A stretch of DNA of 64,000 bases. Origin: an uncultured Pelagibacteraceae bacterium (GTDB taxonomy: Bacteria > Pseudomonadota > Alphaproteobacteria > Pelagibacterales > AG-422-B15). The notes under the pieces were generated by a model, which worked only from the letters and a program-made list of their open reading frames with translations, was not told the DNA's origin and made no database searches. The stretch covers positions 12,672 through 76,671 of the forward strand of contig CACMWW010000004.1 of the NCBI GenBank assembly GCA_902617525.1, given 5' to 3'. This document shows positions 19,645-28,017 of the stretch, piece after piece (the stretch's first letter is position 1; every line of letters starts with the position of its first letter). Position numbers and translations under genes: made by a program.

Positions 19645-20387
19645 TAACTTTTACCATAAATTTTCATTATAAACCTTTGTAATATATTTGTCTCAAAAAA
19701 GTGAATATAAATTCTTGATAGAAATGTTTTTTGTTTAGAGTTAATTCCTTTGCTATAAGTTATACTGTTTTTAGAAATTCTAAATTTATATTTGGCTTTT
19801 TTAACTCTGGCGTGACTTGCGAATTCCATAATTTCTAAAATATGAAATGAATCACTATGCCTACCATATTTTCTTTCTATATAAGGATACTCTTGCTCAA
19901 GTACAGTTGGATAGCATGCGTTTGGATGAAATATAAGATTATTTTTTTTTTGAATCGACTTAAAATAAAAAGGCGGCTTACGCACATAGAGCGATTTACT
20001 CTCAGAATTTATAAATTCTACTGATCCAACAAATACCGTATTAGTTTTACTCTTTTTATTTTTTATTGATTTTAACATATAGAAGAGATAATTCTCATCT
20101 AATTCATCATCTGAATGAAGATATGTGACGTATGGGGTAGTAACTTTAGTTAAAGCAAAATTAAGAGAATTGTATAATCCTTTGGGGGGATTATTAAAGA
20201 TAGTAGAATTACTGTTACTTTTTTTAATTATCTCTAAGGTTTGATCATCAGAATTGCCATCGACTATTAGGTGAGTTACCTCTCTCGAATCAACCTTTAA
20301 CAATGCATTATTCAGTGAATTTAAGCAATTTTGAACGTAATCTTCCGAGTTTTTAGTCAGAGTTATAATTGTGAGTAATGGCCGCAT
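19635..20387 (-). CDS. Glycosyltransferase family 2
   Basis: 250 aa. Has LTIITLTKNSEDYV, IVDGNSDDQT, and a DxD-type YLHSDDEL. Confidence 0.75.
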   Translation of the reverse strand: MRPLLTIITLTKNSEDYVQNCLNSLNNALLKVDSREVTHLIVDGNSDDQTLEIIKKSNSNSTIFNNPPKGLYNSLNFALTKVTTPYVTYLHSDDELDENYLFYMLKSIKNKKSKTNTVFVGSVEFINSESKSLYVRKPPFYFKSIQKKNNLIFHPNACYPTVLEQEYPYIERKYGRHSDSFHILEIMEFASHARVKKAKYKFRISKNSITYSKGINSKQKTFLSRIYIHFFETNILQRFIMKIYGKSYWS

Positions 20388-20389
20388 TA

Positions 20390-22063
20390 TTAATTATTTT
20401 TTTTAGAAATATATATATTAATTTTGTTGAACTCCATCAATTTTACTAAATCTTTACTATCTGTATGTTCATGAACAAAAATTGCTTCATTAGAGTAATT
20501 TTCAAAATTTAAATCCTTAATATTTGGAATATAAATTTGCCTTTTATCTAAAGAGTTAATGAATAAAATATTTTTACTTTGTTCTCTCCTATAAGTATTT
20601 AAGGCATATAAAGTAGATGCTTTTTCAGGATATATTGTTGAAACATAATAAACCTCATTAATTTCATTATCAGATAAATGATTGCTGATATAATTGTTCA
20701 AATCTTTTAAATCTGAATTAACGGCGCTAATGTGGTCAGTTAAATTATTTTTGTAGGTTATTAATGTGTAAATGCATAAAAATAAAACTAATAAATTAAT
20801 AAAATAATTAATTAAGATATGTTTACTGCAAAAGAATAAGTAAAGATATATCAATGGCACTAGAGAAATAATGAAATATCTTGAAATAAGACCATAATTT
20901 CTGAATTCATTAAAATACTCATAGTCAATATTTAAAATTACATTTTTTACTAAATATGCATTTAAAAATAAAATTATGAATGGAAAAATAAGACAAATTA
21001 TATTCGATTTATAATTCATTTTGTCAAAAATTAGAATGAGGCTAAAAAGGGGTATAATAATCAAAAACCAATGCCACGGATTTAATAAGAAAAAATTACT
21101 TAAAACTAAATATGTATTATAGCTTTCATTAATGATTATACTGGTACCACCTGTCGAAAAGAATGACACATAAAGAGAAATAAACCATGGCACTGCAAAT
21201 AAATTTACACCAATGCACCATCCAATCATTAAATACGACAAAAAATCTAACTCGTATTTTTTCACAAGAAAATATATGAGTACAAAATACAATAATAAGA
21301 AGATGCAAATAAATGAGATTATAATTACCCTTATTTGCTGATATTCTGCGTCTATTGTTCCAACATACGTCCAAGTTATAGATAATAAAAATAATGGAAA
21401 AGTAATATAAATATATGTTTTCCATTTTTTCAAATCAAAAAAAAGAGGTGATAAAATTTTTCTCTTTATAATATATCTGACTATAATTGATATTAATATT
21501 ACTAAACCAAGGAAATAATTAGCAATAATAAAACCTAAAATGAAATATGATATTTTTGAATGAATAGAAACATTATTTTGTTCATAGAAAAAAATAATTG
21601 AGATCGGCACTAAAAGCATAATCACCGGAATATTAAATGACCAAATTGAAATACACAGAGTTGTTATCGGAAAAGATGAAATTAAAAACCCAATTATTAA
21701 GACATTTAGTAAACCTATTGAATACATCCTTGAAATAAAAGATACCCAAATTCCTACAATAGAAATAAAAAATAAATTTATTAATATTCCGATAGTGTTG
21801 AATGAATTAAGATTTACATCCGGCCATCCAGTTAAGATGACCATTATCGCACTTAGTTCTTGAAAAAAGAATGCAGGTTGATGAAAATATAGTTTTGGAT
21901 AAATACCTGCTAACCAACTTACTCCCATGGCATAGTAACTAGCTGTAGCATCATTATAAAATGAAAAGTAAGTTACATTTTCAATATAGTTAAAAAAAGA
22001 AAGAAAAAAAAAAGGAAATAAAAAAATAAATAAGTATAAGAGTGTAGATATTTTATTTTTCAT
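20390..22063 (-). CDS. Large polytopic membrane protein with C-terminal soluble domain (possible GT-C-type glycosyltransferase or polymerase)
   Basis: 557 aa. About 14 hydrophobic segments over the first ~440 aa, then a ~110-aa hydrophilic tail. I recognise no diagnostic motif. Confidence 0.35.
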   Translation of the reverse strand: MKNKISTLLYLFIFLFPFFFLSFFNYIENVTYFSFYNDATASYYAMGVSWLAGIYPKLYFHQPAFFFQELSAIMVILTGWPDVNLNSFNTIGILINLFFISIVGIWVSFISRMYSIGLLNVLIIGFLISSFPITTLCISIWSFNIPVIMLLVPISIIFFYEQNNVSIHSKISYFILGFIIANYFLGLVILISIIVRYIIKRKILSPLFFDLKKWKTYIYITFPLFLLSITWTYVGTIDAEYQQIRVIIISFICIFLLLYFVLIYFLVKKYELDFLSYLMIGWCIGVNLFAVPWFISLYVSFFSTGGTSIIINESYNTYLVLSNFFLLNPWHWFLIIIPLFSLILIFDKMNYKSNIICLIFPFIILFLNAYLVKNVILNIDYEYFNEFRNYGLISRYFIISLVPLIYLYLFFCSKHILINYFINLLVLFLCIYTLITYKNNLTDHISAVNSDLKDLNNYISNHLSDNEINEVYYVSTIYPEKASTLYALNTYRREQSKNILFINSLDKRQIYIPNIKDLNFENYSNEAIFVHEHTDSKDLVKLMEFNKINIYISKKNN

Positions 22064-22065
22064 AA

Positions 22066-23040
22066 TTAATTCTGAAATATTTTTTGCGTTCCATTTTCCT
22101 CGAAATGAAAATTAAATTCTTTAAGGGGTGATAGAGCTTTTTTTAGTTTCTCTCTATTTTCTTTTTCGACATAAAATAAGAGAAAACCGCCTCCCCCAGC
22201 ACCTAAAAGCTTTCCACCTAGCGCACCATTCTTGATTGCATTGTTATATATTTCGTCGATCTGTAAATTAGAAATATTTGTTGACAAACTTTTTTTGAGC
22301 ATCCAATTTTCGTTCATTAACATACCAAATTCAGTAAACTTTGAGCTAATAATCAGCTGATAGCCATCCTCGGCAAGTGCCACCATTTTTTTTAATATAT
22401 TTTTTGTATTACTGTCATTTTCAATATTAGATTTCTGATGTTTCAAGATTGATGAAGCATCTCTTTGTTTTCCATAGTAAAATAGTATTAGATTAGAATG
22501 AAAATAATTTTTAATTTCTTTTGATATATCTATATTAACTATTTTTACACTACCATCAGAATGAAAATATATTTTATTCAGTCCTCCAATAGCAGTAGCA
22601 TACTGATCTTGTTTTCCAATCGGCTCTTTCAATAAATTTATTTCAACATCACATGCTTCTTTTGCAAGATCAACTTTACTTTTTGCTTTATTTACATAAT
22701 TATATAAAGCGTTTAACAATGAAACAGTAAATGCACTTGATGAACCTAATCCTGTTCCAGCAGGAATATCAGCAATTGAATTAATATCGACGCCTTTTAA
22801 GTTAAATTTTTTTAATGTTTCTCTTACAATTGGGTGATTTATCTCGCTTAAATTATTTGCTAATTCTGTTTTTGAATATTTAACTTGAATTTGATCAGTA
22901 AAATATTTGTGAATAAATATATAAATATATTTGTCAATAGAAGTGGATAAAACGCAACCATAGTCGTGTTTATAATAAGATTCTATGTCACTACCTCCAC
23001 CCAAGAAACTTATTCTAAATGGTGTTCGAATTCCAATCAA
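22066..23040 (-). CDS. hddA: GHMP sugar kinase, D-glycero-alpha-D-manno-heptose 7-phosphate kinase-like
   Basis: 324 aa. N-terminal TPFRISFLGGGSDIESYY, GHMP motif PAGTGLGSSSAF, and C-terminal GGKLLGAGGGGFLLF. Confidence 0.7.
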   Translation of the reverse strand: MIGIRTPFRISFLGGGSDIESYYKHDYGCVLSTSIDKYIYIFIHKYFTDQIQVKYSKTELANNLSEINHPIVRETLKKFNLKGVDINSIADIPAGTGLGSSSAFTVSLLNALYNYVNKAKSKVDLAKEACDVEINLLKEPIGKQDQYATAIGGLNKIYFHSDGSVKIVNIDISKEIKNYFHSNLILFYYGKQRDASSILKHQKSNIENDSNTKNILKKMVALAEDGYQLIISSKFTEFGMLMNENWMLKKSLSTNISNLQIDEIYNNAIKNGALGGKLLGAGGGGFLLFYVEKENREKLKKALSPLKEFNFHFEENGTQKIFQN

Positions 23041-23049
23041 ATCATCACC

Positions 23050-24009
23050 TCAATCTAACAAATTATTTCTGAAATTTAGTTCAAGTTGAATGCTTTTCTT
23101 TATTGACTCTAACGATGAAAGCATAGGTTTAGGCTTTAGCTTCATATATTTTTTTATAACATATTCAAATTTTGGAACATCACCAATCCATCCATATTTC
23201 TTCTTTGAATATTTTACTTTGGTAGTATGGTTGTCGGAAATATTCAGTATTTCTCTTACAATAGTTTTTACATTTGTTTTTGAGTTTGTTGAAACGTTAA
23301 AATAATTAATTTTATTATTTGTTTTCTTTACAATGAATTGAATTGCTTCAATTAAGTCTATTACATATACATATGGCTTTGTTTGATTACCATCACCTAA
23401 CACTTGAAGTACTTTTTTATTTTTTTCTAATTTATTCAATAGATCAAAAATTACTCCATGGGTCATTCTCCATCCTACAACGTTAGGAAATCTTATAATC
23501 CAAGATTTCATATCATAATTTTCACAAAAAGATGAAATATAAGCTTCTGATGCTAATTTTGCTGCTCCATACATTGATATAGGTAATAAAGGACCACTAT
23601 TTTCTTCGATTGCTTTATTATTATCACCATAAATTGCACTGGAAGATGCAAAGACTATTTTTTTTACTTTATATTTTTTCATACAAATTAAAATATTAAG
23701 TGTAGATATAAATGTATTATTTTTATCTAATAACAGATTTTTTCTACCTAGCTTTATATCTGAATTTGCAGCTAAATGATAAACTAAACTTATATTATAT
23801 TTAAGAAATACTTTTTCTAATTTATTTAAATTTTCTAAATTAATTTTTATAAAATTAAATTTTTTATTTTTAGATAATTTTGTCACATAGCTTTTATTGC
23901 TATTTGATAAATTGTCCAGACAAATGACATTTAAATTTTTTTTTAGTAAACTATCTATTAAGTGGGAACCTATGAATCCCGCTCCGCCTGTAACTAAAAT
24001 ATTTTTCAT
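23050..24009 (-). CDS. NAD-dependent nucleotide-sugar epimerase/dehydratase (extended SDR)
   Basis: 319 aa. Motifs: VTGGAGFIGSHL and YGAAKLASE (YxxxK). Confidence 0.8.
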   Translation of the reverse strand: MKNILVTGGAGFIGSHLIDSLLKKNLNVICLDNLSNSNKSYVTKLSKNKKFNFIKINLENLNKLEKVFLKYNISLVYHLAANSDIKLGRKNLLLDKNNTFISTLNILICMKKYKVKKIVFASSSAIYGDNNKAIEENSGPLLPISMYGAAKLASEAYISSFCENYDMKSWIIRFPNVVGWRMTHGVIFDLLNKLEKNKKVLQVLGDGNQTKPYVYVIDLIEAIQFIVKKTNNKINYFNVSTNSKTNVKTIVREILNISDNHTTKVKYSKKKYGWIGDVPKFEYVIKKYMKLKPKPMLSSLESIKKSIQLELNFRNNLLD

Positions 24010-24013
24010 TCAC

Positions 24014-24883
24014 TTATTCTTCCTTTTTTGCAACAATTATTAGCTCTTCTCTACCAATATTAAACCAGAGTCTTGAGAAAAAAATATATGCTAAAAAATG
24101 AACTATTTTGAATAAAGTTAAATTAAATTTTTTTCCACCTTTTATATTTAAAATATTATATGCTGTAGAGAGTAAAAATGATGCATCACCACCTTTTTTT
24201 ATCACTTTATCAATTTTAAAACCATTATTTACAAGTAGTAATTTTAGTGATTTTTCTGAAAAATGATACTGATGTGCAGGAGCAAGTATCCATCCCCAAT
24301 ACTTAGAAAAAATTCTATTACTTTCAAAATTTGGGACAGCCATAATCATTTGTCCTTTATTTTCAATAATCTTGTAAGCTGATTTTATGAAACTTATTAT
24401 ATTATCAGTGTGCTCGAGACAGTGAAATGTAACCAAAGTATCAACTTGCTCATTATTATTTATTGCAAATTGTTCTATCTTACCATTGTAGCACTTAATT
24501 CCATAACTATTCAATTCTCTCGAAGGTTCTTTCGCTAGCTCTATTCCTGCAACATTATAATTTTTTTCAAGTTTTTTAAGCAAGCTACCAAACATACACC
24601 CTACATCTAAAATAGATTTAGTAGCGTATTTTTTTATAAGAGAAACATAATATTTATTTCTGTAGCTTCTCTCAAACTCTTGAGCTTTAAACCTCTCATA
24701 ACCGTAATTATCCTCATTGTAATATTTTTCATTTATTCCAAAGGGTATCGTATATCCTTGCTTGCAGCTACTACAATATGAAATAGAGAAAGTTTCATTG
24801 ATAGTCTCAGTATGCAGAGAATTTACATTATATAAATGCTTCAACGAGCCTTGACAAATCTCACAAGTCTTAACTAAATTCAT
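24014..24883 (-). CDS. Class I SAM-dependent methyltransferase with N-terminal Cys4 zinc-ribbon-like motif
   Basis: 289 aa. Has CEICQG...YCSSCKQ, motif I ILDVGCMFGSLL, and VTFHCLEHTDN. Confidence 0.7.
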   Translation of the reverse strand: MNLVKTCEICQGSLKHLYNVNSLHTETINETFSISYCSSCKQGYTIPFGINEKYYNEDNYGYERFKAQEFERSYRNKYYVSLIKKYATKSILDVGCMFGSLLKKLEKNYNVAGIELAKEPSRELNSYGIKCYNGKIEQFAINNNEQVDTLVTFHCLEHTDNIISFIKSAYKIIENKGQMIMAVPNFESNRIFSKYWGWILAPAHQYHFSEKSLKLLLVNNGFKIDKVIKKGGDASFLLSTAYNILNIKGGKKFNLTLFKIVHFLAYIFFSRLWFNIGREELIIVAKKEE

Positions 24884-24889
24884 TAAAGA

Positions 24890-25834
24890 TTAGTTTATTC
24901 TTTCTTTGATTATATATCGAGGCCTATCTCTTACTTCCTCATAAATTCTTCCAATATATTGACCTAATAAACCAAAACAAAGTATTTGAATGCCCCCAAA
25001 AAATATTGTCATTAATAATATTGGCATCATTCCATAAGACATTTCATTTCCATAAACAAGACCACTTATAAGATATGCAAGCCCTACAAGAAAAGACAAA
25101 ACCACTATAATCGACCCAAATGAAATCATTAAGGTTAGTGGTTTTATCGAAAATGCTACAATACCGTCAATACCATGCTTAATAGATGCATAATAAGGGT
25201 TATATTTAGTTACCCCTGTATTTCTTGGGTCTCTATCATAAGTCAAAATTTTCTGTGGAAAGCCTAAATAGGGAATTAAACCTCTAAAAAATCCATGACT
25301 CTCCTTTAAATCTATTAGTTTATTAATAAATTTGCGACTTAGTAATCTGAAATCACCAACATTCGGTTTGATTTCTACGTCACTTAATTTGTTTATCAAC
25401 CAATATCCGATTCTTGTAATTAACATTCTTATAAAGGTCTCACCTTTTCTAGATTTCCTTTGCATTAAAATGACCTCGTACCCTCTTGTATATTCATTAT
25501 ACATTTTAGCAATTAACTCTGGTGGATCCTGAAGATCAACATCAATAGTTACGCAAGTCTTACCATTTGAATTTTCTAATCCAGCCATTAAGCAGGCATT
25601 TTGTCCCCATCTTCGAGACATTCCAATAAGAGAAATTTTTTTATTATTTTTAATGAATTTTAAAATATTTTTATAAGTATTATCTGAAGAGGGATCATAA
25701 ATAAAAATAACTTCATATTTCTTTTTTAACTTATTCATAACAGGAATAAGTCTTTTTAAAAATGGGCTAATATTTTTTTCCTCATTATAGACTGGAACAA
25801 TTACAGATATATCAATATTTTTTTTTGATTTCAT
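24890..25834 (-). CDS. Polyprenyl-phosphate glycosyltransferase, GT2 (GtrB/ArnC/DPM1-like)
   Basis: 314 aa. Has ISVIVPVYNEEKNI, TIDVDLQDPP, and two C-terminal TM helices, which is the GtrB/ArnC architecture. Confidence 0.8.
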   Translation of the reverse strand: MKSKKNIDISVIVPVYNEEKNISPFLKRLIPVMNKLKKKYEVIFIYDPSSDNTYKNILKFIKNNKKISLIGMSRRWGQNACLMAGLENSNGKTCVTIDVDLQDPPELIAKMYNEYTRGYEVILMQRKSRKGETFIRMLITRIGYWLINKLSDVEIKPNVGDFRLLSRKFINKLIDLKESHGFFRGLIPYLGFPQKILTYDRDPRNTGVTKYNPYYASIKHGIDGIVAFSIKPLTLMISFGSIIVVLSFLVGLAYLISGLVYGNEMSYGMMPILLMTIFFGGIQILCFGLLGQYIGRIYEEVRDRPRYIIKERIN

Positions 25835-26382
25835 TGATTTTTCTTTATTTCCACTATTAAGTCATTAACACTTAAAAGCCAGGTATGATGAACCATTTCT
25901 ATAATATTATATACAGATGAATTAACATGAAAATTTTGTATACCCATTGAATTTAAGGGATTAGAGGATGAAAATCCACTGAATGTAACTAAATCAAGAT
26001 TTTTTAGTAACGATTTTTTTGCTGCATTAATTATATTTTTAGATTTACCACTACTACTGATTAAAATGATTAGATCACCTTGATCTGAATAAAATTCAAT
26101 TGCTTTTTCCAACCAATTCTCGTAACCATAATCGTTAGCAAAACAAGTAATAAGATCAGCTTCGTTAAAATTTATTGCCCTTACATCACATGTCTTTGTA
26201 AAATCAACCGCAACATGACTAGCCATTGCTGCACTTCCTCCATTGCCAGCTATTATTACTTTTTTACCATTGTGGGAAACGTTAATAATTCTTTGAGCTA
26301 GATTCTCTAATTGTTCAGTCTTTACTTCAGATAATAATGCTGAAGTTTTATTTAAGAATTCAGCTATAAATTCAGTTTTCAT
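25831..26382 (-). CDS. gmhA: Phosphoheptose isomerase (SIS domain)
   Basis: 183 aa. Has GNGGSAAMASHVAVDF and ISSSGKSKNI. Confidence 0.85.
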   Translation of the reverse strand: MKTEFIAEFLNKTSALLSEVKTEQLENLAQRIINVSHNGKKVIIAGNGGSAAMASHVAVDFTKTCDVRAINFNEADLITCFANDYGYENWLEKAIEFYSDQGDLIILISSSGKSKNIINAAKKSLLKNLDLVTFSGFSSSNPLNSMGIQNFHVNSSVYNIIEMVHHTWLLSVNDLIVEIKKNQ

Positions 26383-26389
26383 TTAAATT

Positions 26390-28003
26390 TTAACCATTAA
26401 AATTTATACAATCATTTTCTTCAGACTCAATCCAATCAGAAATGAAATTTAGATCATTTGCTGTCTCGAAATCTTTAATATGCTCATGATTGATTTTTGT
26501 TATTTGATTAGCATTATAATCAGTAGTGTATTCAAATTTTATTGAATTTAACTGCACTGGCTGTTTAAAAAATGAAGAATATGCAAATTTACGTGCTAAA
26601 TTTATTTGTTGTTCAGTCATAGGCGGCAAATCTTCTATCTTTCTTAATTTTTCCAAGTAATCTCTATCATTATTGGAGTCTGAGGTAAATCCTTTTCGCG
26701 AATAACGACTTTCTCCACCAGTTATAGTCGTTACGCCAAAACTACTAGCTTCAATACCAACCGTACCTCTTACAGTAATACAGTAGTCAATTGATTGAAA
26801 TAAGGAATAAGTATTTATAGGTGTATCAGGTAACATAATTTTTATGTGTTCAGGTAATTTTCCTATTTTTTTATTAATAGAGTTTAGTTCAGAAAAGTTA
26901 GGAGAATTAATTTTTTTCATTTTCGTAATATTACTTGGATGTACTTTGACAATCCATTGAATATTATCATTTTTTTGAGCCTCTTTTATTGTTTGAATGA
27001 GCCAATCTTCATAATCTTCAAAAAAATTTTTTCCCCAAAAAAAAGTGGCATCCCAAAATATATGAGAAAATATAACGCCTATTTTTTTTGTATTAATAAA
27101 ATTAAAGTGTTCAATTATTTTGTCTTTACTAAAAAAATTTTTGTTAACTGATGTGCCCGCAGATGCATACCAATCACCTGTTGAATAGCATTTTTCATAT
27201 TCTTCTTTTAATTTAAACCAATGCTTGTCAGTGAAAGTCATCTCTTTAATTTTCTTCCAGTTCTTCTCTTCAATTCCGTATGGATGTTCATATTTATTTT
27301 GAGAATTATATTTTTTGAATATTACTGCATTATTTTTGTGTGAAGCATTTACAGTAATAACATCTAATTTATTTTTAATACTAATTTCAAAGATTTCTCC
27401 ATTAGGCGTATAATTATTGTCTATCATATATACTTTTTGTGGATCTAAAATTTCTAAAGCACGATTAAAAGTATTTAAATACATTAAAGATTTAATTATA
27501 TTCCACGATATTAAAAGTTTATCTGATAATCTATCGATTTGTATATCATTAGTAAATTGTCCTCTTAAAGAGGTACTATATACATACTTACCGAAAGGGA
27601 TTTCGTTTTTATTAAGAAGTAGTAAATCTTTAAACGATTTTAAATTTTTATAATATTTAAGGGACTCATTAATATCTGGTTTAGTCAAAAATTTACTAAG
27701 TGATATTATTTTAACATCCAAGTACTTTTTCCATTTTAAGTAAAGTTTATAATCATCTGGTAGAACAAGATAGCTATCGTAGCCGGCCTTTTCCAATGAT
27801 TTTAAAGTTAAAAGTTCAAGTGGTATATTATCTAACGATCCCCAAGATATGAAAAAGCATTTTTTTTTTGAATTTTCATCATATTTATTATGATTTAGAA
27901 TTTTTCTTTGATACAAAAATTTATAAATATTAATCTTTAGTAGAGAAATTTTTTTTAAGAAAAAATAGATATTTAATTTTATAGAAATAAAAAAATAAAT
28001 CAT
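26390..28003 (-). CDS. Putative capsule-polysaccharide biosynthesis protein (KpsC/KpsS 'Capsule_synth'-like)
   Basis: 537 aa. C-terminal half has WIVKVHPSN ... YCITVRGTVGIEASSFGVTTITGG, reminiscent of the PF05159-type pattern. The assignment is weak and based on motifs only. Confidence 0.35.
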   Translation of the reverse strand: MIYFFISIKLNIYFFLKKISLLKINIYKFLYQRKILNHNKYDENSKKKCFFISWGSLDNIPLELLTLKSLEKAGYDSYLVLPDDYKLYLKWKKYLDVKIISLSKFLTKPDINESLKYYKNLKSFKDLLLLNKNEIPFGKYVYSTSLRGQFTNDIQIDRLSDKLLISWNIIKSLMYLNTFNRALEILDPQKVYMIDNNYTPNGEIFEISIKNKLDVITVNASHKNNAVIFKKYNSQNKYEHPYGIEEKNWKKIKEMTFTDKHWFKLKEEYEKCYSTGDWYASAGTSVNKNFFSKDKIIEHFNFINTKKIGVIFSHIFWDATFFWGKNFFEDYEDWLIQTIKEAQKNDNIQWIVKVHPSNITKMKKINSPNFSELNSINKKIGKLPEHIKIMLPDTPINTYSLFQSIDYCITVRGTVGIEASSFGVTTITGGESRYSRKGFTSDSNNDRDYLEKLRKIEDLPPMTEQQINLARKFAYSSFFKQPVQLNSIKFEYTTDYNANQITKINHEHIKDFETANDLNFISDWIESEENDCINFNG

Positions 28004-28017
28004 AATTAAGCAAAGAA

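Noticed and set aside
21990-22010. Homopolymeric A/T tracts of 9-10 nt inside coding regions as candidate slipped-strand phase-variation switches. Examples are A10 near 21998 in the 557-aa membrane protein and T10 at about 1757-1766 at the 5' end of the gmd paralog.
   Set aside because: Such tracts are frequent throughout this AT-rich window and mostly encode Lys/Phe runs. All affected ORFs are intact. Without population data showing length variation there is no evidence of phase variation.
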